Translations under genes and position numbers: made by a program | Shown: in pieces, positions 48,745 through 58,098 of the stretch | Layout of the letters: each line of letters opens with the position of its first letter | Position numbering within the stretch: the first letter of the stretch is position 1 | Assembly (NCBI GenBank): GCA_963771075.1 | Contig: CAVYSE010000011.1 | Coordinates: forward strand, 484,929-548,928 | Length of the DNA stretch: 64,000 nucleotides | Reading direction: 5' to 3' | Source of the DNA: a candidate division FCPU426 bacterium | GTDB lineage: Bacteria > Oederibacteriota > Muellerivitia > Muellerivitales > Muellerivitaceae | The notes under the pieces: generated by a model | What the model was told of the DNA's origin: nothing | Database searches by the model: none | The model's input: only the letters and a program-made list of their open reading frames with translations

Positions 48745-50034
48745 ATGAAATTAAAAAGATTCGTGATTTCCATACTGGTTTTTGGGGGATTCTTTCCATT
48801 GGCGACGGTATCCCAGGCGGAAGAAATGCCTGGAATGGACCACGGAGCAGATGGGTCTCCTTCCGCGATTTCGTTGACCCTTTCCAAGGCGGAGGAACTG
48901 GCCCTCTCCGGCAATCCCCATATACGGGCGGCGGATGAAAGGGCTAAAGCATCGGACGAGAAGGTTTTGCCTTCACTCTTCCCGGACGATCCTATGTTCA
49001 TGATCGACACGACAAACCCTGGAATGGATCAATGGATGATCGAGGAAAAATTGGGATTCCCCGGCAAGGGCATCGCCCAGGCTGACGTGTACGGGGCGGA
49101 AGCCAAAGAGTCGTGGGCGGAGGCCGACGTAGAGCGCCGAACCATCGTGCTCCAGGCACGCCAGGCCTTTTGGGAGTTTTATTACCGGCAAAAGGTCGAT
49201 GGCCTGCTCCAAGAGGCGGAAACGAAGTGGAAAGGTTTGAGCCAACTGATGGAATCCAAGGAATTGAGCGGGCAATGGCTTTCGGTCAAAACCATCCGCA
49301 TGCAGATGGAAATGGCCCAGGCGGTGAACGAACTCATCACCAACAGCCGGGCGCTCAAAGTTTCCCAGTTCAACCTGAACCATTTGTTCAGCCTTCCCCA
49401 CGGGACGCTTTACACGCTACCCGAGGATGTTTCTCTCACCCCCTTTGCCGGGCAGGAAGAGGATTACGTGCAAAAGGCCCTTCTTCATAACCCCGAAATC
49501 GAGGTTTACCAGGACGCGGTCAAATCGCGCGAGGCAAACCAAAGCCTTGCGAGTTTTGATTATCTCCCCGATTTCGACGTTTGGGTTTCGGGGGTAAGGC
49601 AGCCGGACGGGGGTTTTTCCGATTACGGCTACCGGTTGGGCATCAGCCTTCCGATTTTCTTTGCCGCCAAGCAAAACCAGGCTGCGGGTGCCGCTTCCGA
49701 CGATTTATCAGCGGCCCGTTACGACCTGAAGGGGAAACAAAACGAAGTCATCCACATGGTGGAGGATGCCTACGTCAACGCCGAATCCGCATGGCGTCTC
49801 TTGAGACTTTATGAACAGGGCGGACTATTAAAACAGACCCGGAAAGCCTGGGCCTCCACCCAGTTGGCTTACCGCAACGAGGAAATGCCGCTCGCCGAAT
49901 TCGTCGAGAACTACAACATCTACCTGGAAACCTTCCGGAGTTATTACCAGGCCCAGGCCGATTATGGAAAGGCCCTGGCGGAATTGGATTACCAAGCCGG
50001 GGATTTAAAAGGAGACCGCCATGAAAATAATTAA
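48745..50034 (+). CDS. TolC-family outer-membrane efflux protein (CusC-like)
   Basis: Signal peptide, ALSGNP / ALLHNP repeats, YLPDF, ISLPIF; upstream of MFP and RND genes. Confidence 0.88.
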   Translation: MKLKRFVISILVFGGFFPLATVSQAEEMPGMDHGADGSPSAISLTLSKAEELALSGNPHIRAADERAKASDEKVLPSLFPDDPMFMIDTTNPGMDQWMIEEKLGFPGKGIAQADVYGAEAKESWAEADVERRTIVLQARQAFWEFYYRQKVDGLLQEAETKWKGLSQLMESKELSGQWLSVKTIRMQMEMAQAVNELITNSRALKVSQFNLNHLFSLPHGTLYTLPEDVSLTPFAGQEEDYVQKALLHNPEIEVYQDAVKSREANQSLASFDYLPDFDVWVSGVRQPDGGFSDYGYRLGISLPIFFAAKQNQAAGAASDDLSAARYDLKGKQNEVIHMVEDAYVNAESAWRLLRLYEQGGLLKQTRKAWASTQLAYRNEEMPLAEFVENYNIYLETFRSYYQAQADYGKALAELDYQAGDLKGDRHENN

Positions 50035-51043
50035 TTCGAAACAAAGAATATGGATGGGCCTGCTGGTCCTTTTGACAACGAGTTTCATCGCCCTGGATTT
50101 CGGGGGTTGTGGCCAAAAGCCGGGCGTCACCCAGTCCAAGAAAACCATTTATACCTGCGTCATGCACCACCAGATTCGCCGCGACAAGCCTGGGGATTGC
50201 CCCATCTGCGGAATGGCCTTGGTTCCATTGGAACAAATCCAAGGAGAATCGGGGCCATCCGAGGGAAAAAAGATCAAGTATTGGGCCAATCCAATGAATC
50301 CCAACCAGCATAGTCCCAAGCCGATGAAGGACGACATGGGTATGGATTACGTCCCGGTCTACGAGGACGACACGGTCGCCGAGGGGGCCCCCGGGGTCTT
50401 GCAGGGCCTCTCCCCTATCAAGATCAGCCCCTACAAACAACAGTTGATCGGGGTGAGGTTCGCGACCGTTCATAAATCCCCCCTTACAAGAGTCATCCAC
50501 ACGGGGGGGCGTTTCGCGGGGGGCGAAGGCGATTTCGCGGCCATGGCTGGGGATTTCGCGGCGAGAAATTCCATGCGGTCCTCCGGGCGGTATGTGGTGG
50601 CGGATGTTTATGCGCTGGATTTGCCATTTGTTAAAACAGGGCAGAAAGCCGTGGTGTCTTCTTTGACCGGTTCAGGTGAAAGGGTGGAGGGAAAGATCAC
50701 CCACATCTACCCTTACGACGAGACCCAATCACGCGTGACCCGGGTAAAGATCACACTGGACAAGCCCATGGCGGCGGGGCTTTTCGCCAATGTGGATATC
50801 CAGGCCGTCACCCAGCCTCTTTTATCCCTTCCCCCAACGGCAGTCATGGATACGGGAACCCATCGTTATGTTTTCATCCAAATGGAGCCCGGAACCTTTT
50901 CCCCCCGCGAGATCACCGTGGGCTACCAGGGATCGGACTTGTGGGAAGTCACCTCCGGGTTGAAGGAAGGGGACCAAGTAGTCGATGGAGCCGATTTCCT
51001 CATCGACGCGGATTCCAAAATCACTTCGTCATTCGCCGAGTAA
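50021..51043 (+). CDS. Efflux RND periplasmic adaptor (CusB-like) with heavy-metal-binding domains
   Basis: YTCVMH...CPICGMAL, YWANPMNP...MGMDYVPVY, GLKEGDQVV...FLIDADS. Confidence 0.88.
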   Translation: MKIINSKQRIWMGLLVLLTTSFIALDFGGCGQKPGVTQSKKTIYTCVMHHQIRRDKPGDCPICGMALVPLEQIQGESGPSEGKKIKYWANPMNPNQHSPKPMKDDMGMDYVPVYEDDTVAEGAPGVLQGLSPIKISPYKQQLIGVRFATVHKSPLTRVIHTGGRFAGGEGDFAAMAGDFAARNSMRSSGRYVVADVYALDLPFVKTGQKAVVSSLTGSGERVEGKITHIYPYDETQSRVTRVKITLDKPMAAGLFANVDIQAVTQPLLSLPPTAVMDTGTHRYVFIQMEPGTFSPREITVGYQGSDLWEVTSGLKEGDQVVDGADFLIDADSKITSSFAE

Positions 51044-51053
51044 GGGGCTCATC

Positions 51054-54000
51054 ATGATTTCCAAATTGATCGACTGGTGCGGAAAAAACAAATTTTTGGT
51101 TTCGTTGGGGATGCTGGTGGTCATTGTTTGGGGCGTTTGGGCGTTGAAAAACATCCCCCTGGACGCGATACCCGACATTTCAGACACACAAGTGGTGGTT
51201 TACGCCAAGTGGATGAAGAGTCCGGACATACTGGAAGACCAGGTGGCTTACCCCGTCGTGCGGGCGCTTTTGGGAGCCCCCAAGGTGAAAAGCATCCGGG
51301 CCTTTTCGGACTTCGGCTATTCGTACATTTACATCATTTTTGACGACGGCACGGACCCCTACTGGGCACGAAGCCGGGTTTTGGAGTATCTCTCCAAGGT
51401 ACAGGGAACCCTTCCGGAGGGGGTGAAGGTGGAGATGGGGCCGGACGCCACGGGCGTGGGCTGGGTTTACCAGTACGTCTTGGTCGATAAAACCGGACAA
51501 CACACCCTTTCCGAGTTGAAAAGCTACCAGGATTGGAATCTGCGATACCAACTCCAAAGTTTGCCAGGAGTGGCGGAAGTTTCCACCGTTGGGGGCGAGA
51601 CCAAACAGTATCAGGTGGAAGTCAATCCCAATGCCTTGGCCTCTTATGACCTGACTTTTGGACAGGTCTTGGACGCGGTGCGAAGTTCCAACCGGGACGT
51701 GGGCGGAAGGCTTTTGGAAATCAACGGCACCGAATACATGATCCGGGGGTTGGGATATTTGAAGGGTATCTCCGACCTGGAGAAAGTAGTCATAGGCCGG
51801 GACAAGCAGGGAACTCCCATTTTCATCGGGGACATCGCCCATGTCCAAACGGGACCGGAAGTACGCCGGGGTGTGGCCGAGTTGGATGGACAAGGGGAAG
51901 TGGTGGGCGGCATCGTGACCGCGCGCTATGGCGAAAACGCCCTGGCCGTCATCGAGCGGGTCAAGGAAAAGCTGAAAGAACTCAAACCGTCCCTTCCCGC
52001 CGGGGTGGAGATTGTTCCCGTTTATGACCGGTCGGAGCTGATCGACAAGTCCATCGAAACACTTACCCATGAGCTGATCAAGCTCGCCATCGCGGTCGCG
52101 CTGGTGTGCCTCATATTCCTGTGGCACCTGCCCAGTGCCCTGGTCATCATCCTGACCCTGCCGCTGGCCATCCTCATGTCCTTTATCTGCATGAAATACC
52201 TGGGGGTTTCCTCCAACATCATGAGCCTGGGAGGCATCGCCATCGCCATCGGGGCCATGGTGGACGCGTCCATCATCATGGTCGAAAACGCGTGCAAGCG
52301 GCTGGAGGAATGGGAAAAGGGAGGCCAAAAGGGGGACCGCTCGGAAGTCATCCTAAACGCGGCCAAGGAAGTGGGGCCTTCCCTCTTCTATACCCTTTTG
52401 GTCATCACGGTCGGGTTTCTTCCTGTGTTTGCCCTTCAAGGTCAAGAAGGCAAGCTTTTCTCTCCCCTGGCATACACCAAAACCTTTTCGATGTTCTTCG
52501 CCGCTTTTCTTGCCATTACGGTAACGCCTTTCCTGATGGTCGTTTTCCTGAAAGGAAAAATATTGACCGAGGAAGAGCATCCCCTGAATCGTTTATTAGG
52601 CAGGTTTTACGCGAGACCGGCAAAGTGGGTTTTGGAAAACAGGAAAAAGACTCTTTTGGCGGCCCTAGGGCTGGTGGTTGTGACTTTATTTCCCCTCTCA
52701 AGACTAGGAAGTGAATTCATGCCCCCCCTATGGGAAGGCTCCCTGCTTTACATGCCAACCACCTTGCCGGGGATATCGGTAACAGAGGCGGCGCGGGTGC
52801 TTCAAACCCAAGACCGGATCATCAAGTCTTTCCCGGAAGTGGAGCGGGTTTTTGGAAAGGCGGGCCGGGCCGAGACTTCCCTGGACCCTGCCCCTTTCTC
52901 CATGGTGGAAACAACAATTCTTTTGAAGCCGGAAAGCCAATGGCGAAAAGGCATGACCCAGGAAAAACTTCTGCATGATCTGAATGAGGCCTTGCAGTTT
53001 CCCGGCTACACCAACGCCCTGACCATGCCCATCATCAACCGAATCAATATGCTCAGCACGGGGGTGCGAACCCCGATTGGCATCAAAGTTTTGGGCACGG
53101 ATTTCAAGACCCTCGAACGGGTCGGGGTTGAAGTCGAGAATGCCCTCAAACCCCTCAAGGGAACCTCCAGCGTTTACGCTGAAAGGGTAACGGGGGGTTA
53201 TTACGTCGATATCACTCCCCGCAGGGATCAGATCGCGCGTTATGGGCTGAAGATCGAGGATGTGAACGAAATTATTGAAATGGCGATCGGGGGTGACACG
53301 GTTACCACCACCGTGGAAGGCCGGGAACGCTACTCGGTGAGCGTTCGTTACGCCCGTGATTTCCGCGACGATGTCGAGAAGTTGAGGCGTGTCTTGGTGA
53401 CCACCCCCTCGGGAAGCAAGGTCCAGCTGGGCCAATTGGCTGACGTTGGCTTGTCACTGGGTCCGGGCATGATACGCGACGAAAACGGCCTGTTGGCCGG
53501 TTACGTGTACGTGGACATCGAGGGAATCGATCCCGGAACCTACGTGACGGCGGCCAAAAAAACCATCGCCGAAAAAGTAATTCTGCCGGTGGGCACCAGC
53601 CTAGCCTGGAGCGGCCAGTATGAGTACATGACCCGGGCGGCGGAACGCTTCAAGATCATGATTCCGTTGACTCTCCTGATCGTGTTCCTGCTGATCTATT
53701 TCAACACTAAATCCTTCACCGAAACCTTCATCGTGCTTTTGGCCGTCCCTTTTTCCTTGGTCGGGGCGGTATGGCTCCTGTGGATCTTGGGTTACAACAC
53801 CTCGGTGGCGGTATGGGTGGGCGTCATCGCCCTGGCGGGATTGGACGCTGAAACGGGAGTGGTGATGCTTCTTTATTTGAGTCTCTCCTACCGAAAATAC
53901 CGGGAGGAAGGAAAGATGAGGAATATCCAGGACCTGGAGGAATCGGTGATGCACGGTGCCGTCAAACGTCTTCGCCCGAAACTCATGACCGTATCGGCGG

Positions 54001-54212
54001 CTTGGTTCGGGTTGGTGCCGATTCTTTTTTCCACGGGGGTGGGCGCGGATGTCATGAAACGCATCGCGGCTCCCATGGTGGGGGGGGTTTTTACATCTTT
54101 TATCCTCGAACTTCTGGTTTACCCGGTCCTGTTCACCCTTTGGAAGTGGCACGCTGAGGTGAACCCCCAAAAACCGACTGGGTTTTGGAAATGGGTCCAA
54201 AGAATTGGATAA
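51054..54212 (+). CDS. cusA: CusA-type Cu(I)/Ag(I) RND efflux transporter
   Basis: LDAIPDISD, YWARSRVLEYL, GAMVDA, EFMPP / FSMVET / LTMPI methionine triad, MKRIAAPMVGG. Confidence 0.93.
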   Translation: MISKLIDWCGKNKFLVSLGMLVVIVWGVWALKNIPLDAIPDISDTQVVVYAKWMKSPDILEDQVAYPVVRALLGAPKVKSIRAFSDFGYSYIYIIFDDGTDPYWARSRVLEYLSKVQGTLPEGVKVEMGPDATGVGWVYQYVLVDKTGQHTLSELKSYQDWNLRYQLQSLPGVAEVSTVGGETKQYQVEVNPNALASYDLTFGQVLDAVRSSNRDVGGRLLEINGTEYMIRGLGYLKGISDLEKVVIGRDKQGTPIFIGDIAHVQTGPEVRRGVAELDGQGEVVGGIVTARYGENALAVIERVKEKLKELKPSLPAGVEIVPVYDRSELIDKSIETLTHELIKLAIAVALVCLIFLWHLPSALVIILTLPLAILMSFICMKYLGVSSNIMSLGGIAIAIGAMVDASIIMVENACKRLEEWEKGGQKGDRSEVILNAAKEVGPSLFYTLLVITVGFLPVFALQGQEGKLFSPLAYTKTFSMFFAAFLAITVTPFLMVVFLKGKILTEEEHPLNRLLGRFYARPAKWVLENRKKTLLAALGLVVVTLFPLSRLGSEFMPPLWEGSLLYMPTTLPGISVTEAARVLQTQDRIIKSFPEVERVFGKAGRAETSLDPAPFSMVETTILLKPESQWRKGMTQEKLLHDLNEALQFPGYTNALTMPIINRINMLSTGVRTPIGIKVLGTDFKTLERVGVEVENALKPLKGTSSVYAERVTGGYYVDITPRRDQIARYGLKIEDVNEIIEMAIGGDTVTTTVEGRERYSVSVRYARDFRDDVEKLRRVLVTTPSGSKVQLGQLADVGLSLGPGMIRDENGLLAGYVYVDIEGIDPGTYVTAAKKTIAEKVILPVGTSLAWSGQYEYMTRAAERFKIMIPLTLLIVFLLIYFNTKSFTETFIVLLAVPFSLVGAVWLLWILGYNTSVAVWVGVIALAGLDAETGVVMLLYLSLSYRKYREEGKMRNIQDLEESVMHGAVKRLRPKLMTVSAAWFGLVPILFSTGVGADVMKRIAAPMVGGVFTSFILELLVYPVLFTLWKWHAEVNPQKPTGFWKWVQRIG

Positions 54213-54293
54213 GGCGACGAGAGGTAGGAATGGAATGAGATGTTCCCGGATCCTTGATCGGAAGCCGGTGTAAAAATTAAAAGGAGCAGGGCC

Positions 54294-54579
54294 ATGAAAA
54301 AGTTATTAAGTTTGATGATAGGGGTGGCTTTTGCTGGTTGCCGCCCAGATGGTTTGGGCCGACGGAATGGGCAATATGCCTGGGATGTCCACGCCAATGG
54401 CGGGTGCCACTCCGGTTTCCACGCCGAAGGCTGCTGCGAAGGCGAAGAAGTCCAAGAAAAAAGCCGCGAAACCAGCGGCTCAGGCAGTTTGGGTTTGCCC
54501 CATGGGCGATTACAGCGGCCCCAAAACGACGGATGGGAAATGCCCAAAGTGCGGGATGGATTTGGCCGAGAAGAAGTAA
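54294..54579 (+). pseudogene. Small periplasmic Met-rich heavy-metal-binding protein with a frameshift in its signal peptide
   Basis: Removing one T from TTTT at 54329-54332 gives MKKLLSLMIGVALLVAAQMVWADGMGNMPGM...WVCPM...KCPKCGMDL. Confidence 0.8.
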
Positions 54580-54699
54580 TAAGTTTTTTTCGCGGCGGGC
54601 CATTAGGGCCCGCCGTGTAGTTCGGATTAAAAAATGGGAGAAAAATGAAAAAGTTATTTGGGTCTTTCCCGAGAATAATGGAGTCACCTATGAAAAAGA

Positions 54700-54870
54700 A
54701 TGTCCAGGCAAAAGCGTAGTATCACGGCCCCAAGTCCAACCTGAGTCTCAAAGGACTACAAGTCAGTCACCTATTCGCGGTTGTTTCACCGCACGATAAC
54801 GTTGGACCCGGCCGCTCAATCAGGCCAAGGACCTCAACTCTTGCGGGTTGTGTCAGACCCCGTCGGAGCT
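54700..54870 (-). ncRNA. Predicted bridge/seek RNA of the IS110-family element (boundaries approximate)
   Basis: Structured region with segments matching both strands of the reconstructed target and of the circle junction. Confidence 0.75.
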
Positions 54871-55875
54871 GGCCGGGCAGTCCTCAAAAGCTTCCTTCTT
54901 TCGTAACATATGAAAGATGCTTTTCAGCATAGCCCTTGCTACTGCTATTCGTCCCGCGTTATTCCCATGCTTCTTCTTCACCCTCGTGTATAAGGTCCCA
55001 TACCGTCGGGTTTTGCGAATGGCATGAAGCGAGTTCTCAACCAATATCCAGCGAATCCATTTAGAACCCTGTTTGGTGATGTGGCCGTTGTGGCTTTTTC
55101 CCCCTGATGCGTGAACACTGGGGACCAATCCACCATAAGAACATAGATGTTCCGCGTCCGGGAACCGGCGAATATCCCCAATCTCGCTCAAAATTAATAA
55201 AGCCGAAAAGGCACCCACGCCTGGCATGGTCATCATCAGCTGGGCTTCCGGGCTTTCTGCTGCCATTTTCTTGATCACCTCTTCTGATTTGGCGATCTCT
55301 TGGCCTAGTTCCCGGATTACTTCCATATATCCGTCCAGTTCCAAACGGTAGCAAGGCCGGGTACCTACCGTGGCAAGTTCGCGGAAGTTCTTTATTCCGA
55401 ATCGGTTTTTAGTAACGGGTTCGATTCCCGCCTTGGTCATGACCGAAGTCATCCGGTTTTTGGCTTGTGTTCTCAATTGCACCAGGGAAGCCCGGTACCT
55501 AAGGATTTCCCGTAAGTCGCGGATCTCTCGGGGTGGCACATAGGCTCGTGGCAGCAGATCCACCCGCAAAAGTTGAGCCAGGATTCCCGAATCAATTTTA
55601 TCCGTCTTGATCTTGGCCGAGGCTATGGCTTTGACCTTTTGGGGGTGGGCCAATACCAGGTTGGGGAATCGATCCTCGATGAGTTCGTAAAAGTGATACC
55701 AATGACCTGTGGCTTCTACTACGACCTGGCTACTCACGGGTTGCTTCTTGAAATAAGCCTTTAAAGTATCCGCGTCGTTCTTCAGATCGACTTGTTCCAG
55801 CACCTTTCCTTTCTCATTCACTCTCGTGACGTAGGATGTTTTCTGGTGTAGGTCTACTCCGATATACTGTCCCAC
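54853..55875 (-). CDS. IS110-family DEDD recombinase/transposase
   Basis: IGVDLHQ, VVEATG, KTDKIDS (DEDD); MPGVG, EIGDIRRF, GLVPSVHASGGK serine loop, IAVARAML; GTG start after AGGAGG. Confidence 0.96.
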   Translation of the reverse strand: MGQYIGVDLHQKTSYVTRVNEKGKVLEQVDLKNDADTLKAYFKKQPVSSQVVVEATGHWYHFYELIEDRFPNLVLAHPQKVKAIASAKIKTDKIDSGILAQLLRVDLLPRAYVPPREIRDLREILRYRASLVQLRTQAKNRMTSVMTKAGIEPVTKNRFGIKNFRELATVGTRPCYRLELDGYMEVIRELGQEIAKSEEVIKKMAAESPEAQLMMTMPGVGAFSALLILSEIGDIRRFPDAEHLCSYGGLVPSVHASGGKSHNGHITKQGSKWIRWILVENSLHAIRKTRRYGTLYTRVKKKHGNNAGRIAVARAMLKSIFHMLRKKEAFEDCPASSDGV

Positions 55876-56250
55876 GGCTGCACCTCCTAAGCGTTTTGCA
55901 CCACCTGCAAAGGTGAGTGCCTTTTCGACTCTGGGTTTATCCTAGAGCCTCGTCCCACTTAAGTGGAGACGCTCTACGCTTGGAGCTCTGCAGCCTTTTT
56001 CATGTTATCAGGCCAACATAAAACACTTACTTGTCCGAAGGACCCGGCCCGGCTACTGGGTGCCAAAATCCGATTTTTTGCACATTCGCTGTCTGGTTTA
56101 CCGTCCAACCTGGAAAAAATTCACGCCCGAAGAAGTTCCCATTTGACCATGCGTTCTATTTCGGATTATAAAAATTAAGTTGTTACGGTGTACCCGCCAA
56201 CATGTGGTTGGCGGTTAGGGGAGAAAAATTATGAAGCTGGAGGTCCCCCT

Positions 56251-57966
56251 ATGCCCGTCACGATTGAGGATGTATTAGGACTTCTGCCAGAGCTGTTTCC
56301 AGGAATTCAACAAGTTCCGCTCGCGAACATCAGCCAGCTTCCGGATAACCCGGGCGGCACCCCCAGCGAGGAAGTCATCCTTGGGTTGATGGAAAGCATC
56401 CGGGAGAACGACCTCCAGAACCCGCTCAAGCTCAAACCCAACCGCACCCAACCCCTGGCCGAAGGGGTCCAGATCCATCCAGAGAACCCCCGGATCACCC
56501 TGGAAGGCCGCCCCTGGCGGGTGGAGGACTTCCACTATTGGGTCTTCAGCGGCAACCGGCGTTTGATCGCCTTAAACCGGCTTCAAAAGGATAAGGCCCC
56601 TTGCTATATCACCAACCCTAGCGAGTTGGAAACGGTCGTCAAAGGCCGGATCGATAACGTTGTTGACCAGCGTGGTTGGTGGGTGGATTACCAGGATGTC
56701 GAAAGGGTTATCAAGGCCAACCCCTATGTGACTCAAAGGCAGATAAAGGGGTATTTGGGGTTGGACGATGAGAAAATTAATCGGGCGATCAAGGTATTAC
56801 CCCTCCTTAATTCTCAATCCAGGGACTTAATTGCTCGTGACACGAGCATTTTAAATAAGGGAATTCCGGGTATTTCTGACTTGGCCATCTCCCAATTGGC
56901 CGCCTTGGGCCCTGGTACCGGCCTCAAGCCCGGTCGTCCCAAGAAAGACATGGCCGAAGGGGAGGAACCTCAAAAGCTATACCCCTATCCCCCCATCCCC
57001 CCGGAGACCCAAGACCTCGTTTACCGGGCCCTCCAGGTAGCCTTAGCCCATAAGATGACCGAAAACCAGTTGAAGGGCCTGGTAGCCCATATCCAGGCGG
57101 GGGGCCAGCCTGAAGATTACAAGCTGGTAGTGAAGCCCTCAAAAAAGAAAGGGCCCCCTAAGGGTGGTTCCGGCCCAGGGGGCGGCCCTGGGAGTGGGCC
57201 TGGCGGATCGGGCGGGTCGGGTGGTGGCGGGTTAACTCCCTCTATAGAAACCCCTAAAGTAGCTGACAGTTCGCAGTTGACAGTCGACAGTAAAACAACA
57301 ACTGGCAACCCCCAAAACCCTCAACCTAACCCTACAGCCCCCACTGTAACTATCCCGGTCGTGCCACCCACCCCCCAAAAATCCGGCTTCTGGAATGCCC
57401 TCAAAAAAGTCTGGCAGGGCTTTATCGGTGCAGTCCTCAAAGCCTTCTTTGCTTCTGGCCCGAGGCCTCAAGTTGAGGGCCAAGGTTTGATTGCCCCAGG
57501 ATCTAAAACAGATCCTGGGGAAGTTTCATTCTTTTGGGGCACCATGGCCGGCATCCCCTGGATCAAGGCCATCCGGGCCAAGATCAAGTCAGGGCAAGAC
57601 CTCACCCTCTGGGAAAAGCTGTTTCTGGTGGCGGCCTTCTTTGGGCGGATCTTGCATTGGACCTGGCATAAGACATGGCCCCGGACCAAGTGGTTCTTCG
57701 GGTTGGTTTGGCAATACATGAAAATAGGCTTGAACGCCACCCTAAGGTTCTTGGGAGAAGTGGTGGGCAAGCCCGCCAAAAAAGTGATCCAGGGCGTGGT
57801 GGGTATCGCCTTGGTGTTGGGGCTGGCCTATGGCCTCTATCTATTCTTCTTCCACCCGGCGGGACTAAGGGGCTTGGTGGGCCGCGCCACCTCCGGGGTG
57901 ATCCATTGGGTGGGGTCTTGGGTAAACCCTTGGGAAGGAGATACTAAGACAGTTCAAAACCAGTAG
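56251..57966 (+). CDS. ParB/Srx N-terminal domain plus HTH protein with Gly/Pro linker and C-terminal TM helices; probably the 5' part of a broken longer gene
   Basis: LMESIRENDLQNPL, FSGNRRLIAL, TQRQIKGYLG...INRAIKVL; TM segment VVGIALVLGLAYGLYLFFF; GGAGGT RBS. Confidence 0.7.
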   Translation: MPVTIEDVLGLLPELFPGIQQVPLANISQLPDNPGGTPSEEVILGLMESIRENDLQNPLKLKPNRTQPLAEGVQIHPENPRITLEGRPWRVEDFHYWVFSGNRRLIALNRLQKDKAPCYITNPSELETVVKGRIDNVVDQRGWWVDYQDVERVIKANPYVTQRQIKGYLGLDDEKINRAIKVLPLLNSQSRDLIARDTSILNKGIPGISDLAISQLAALGPGTGLKPGRPKKDMAEGEEPQKLYPYPPIPPETQDLVYRALQVALAHKMTENQLKGLVAHIQAGGQPEDYKLVVKPSKKKGPPKGGSGPGGGPGSGPGGSGGSGGGGLTPSIETPKVADSSQLTVDSKTTTGNPQNPQPNPTAPTVTIPVVPPTPQKSGFWNALKKVWQGFIGAVLKAFFASGPRPQVEGQGLIAPGSKTDPGEVSFFWGTMAGIPWIKAIRAKIKSGQDLTLWEKLFLVAAFFGRILHWTWHKTWPRTKWFFGLVWQYMKIGLNATLRFLGEVVGKPAKKVIQGVVGIALVLGLAYGLYLFFFHPAGLRGLVGRATSGVIHWVGSWVNPWEGDTKTVQNQ

Positions 57967-57991
57967 TTGGTCCGACCCCCGGTCGCGGTGA

Positions 57992-58098
57992 CAGTACCCA
58001 TATCAACGTAGACATAGGTACCCCTGTTCCGAGATCTCAACCGTCGGACAAGCCTTGGCAGTACCCATATCTAAATCAGATATGGGTACCCCTGTTCC
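57992..58098. repeat. Two ~40-bp direct repeats, each internally palindromic
   Basis: CAGTACCCATATC...GGTACCCCTGTTCC at 57992-58030 and 58059-58098; the second holds perfect GTACCCATATCT-aaatc-AGATATGGGTAC. Confidence 0.85.

Larger units (their letters stand above)
54687..56010 (-). mobile_element. Complete IS110-family (IS1111-type) insertion sequence, about 1.32 kb
   Basis: Sub-terminal inverted repeats ATGAAAAAG (54690-54698) and CTTTTTCAT (55995-56003); TCA/TGA core at both junctions (54684-54686, 56008-56010); long non-coding region downstream of the transposase. Confidence 0.9.

Noticed and set aside
57992..58098. Mini-CRISPR interpretation of the two palindromic repeats
   Set aside because: Only two divergent copies inside a coding linker, with no leader or cas genes
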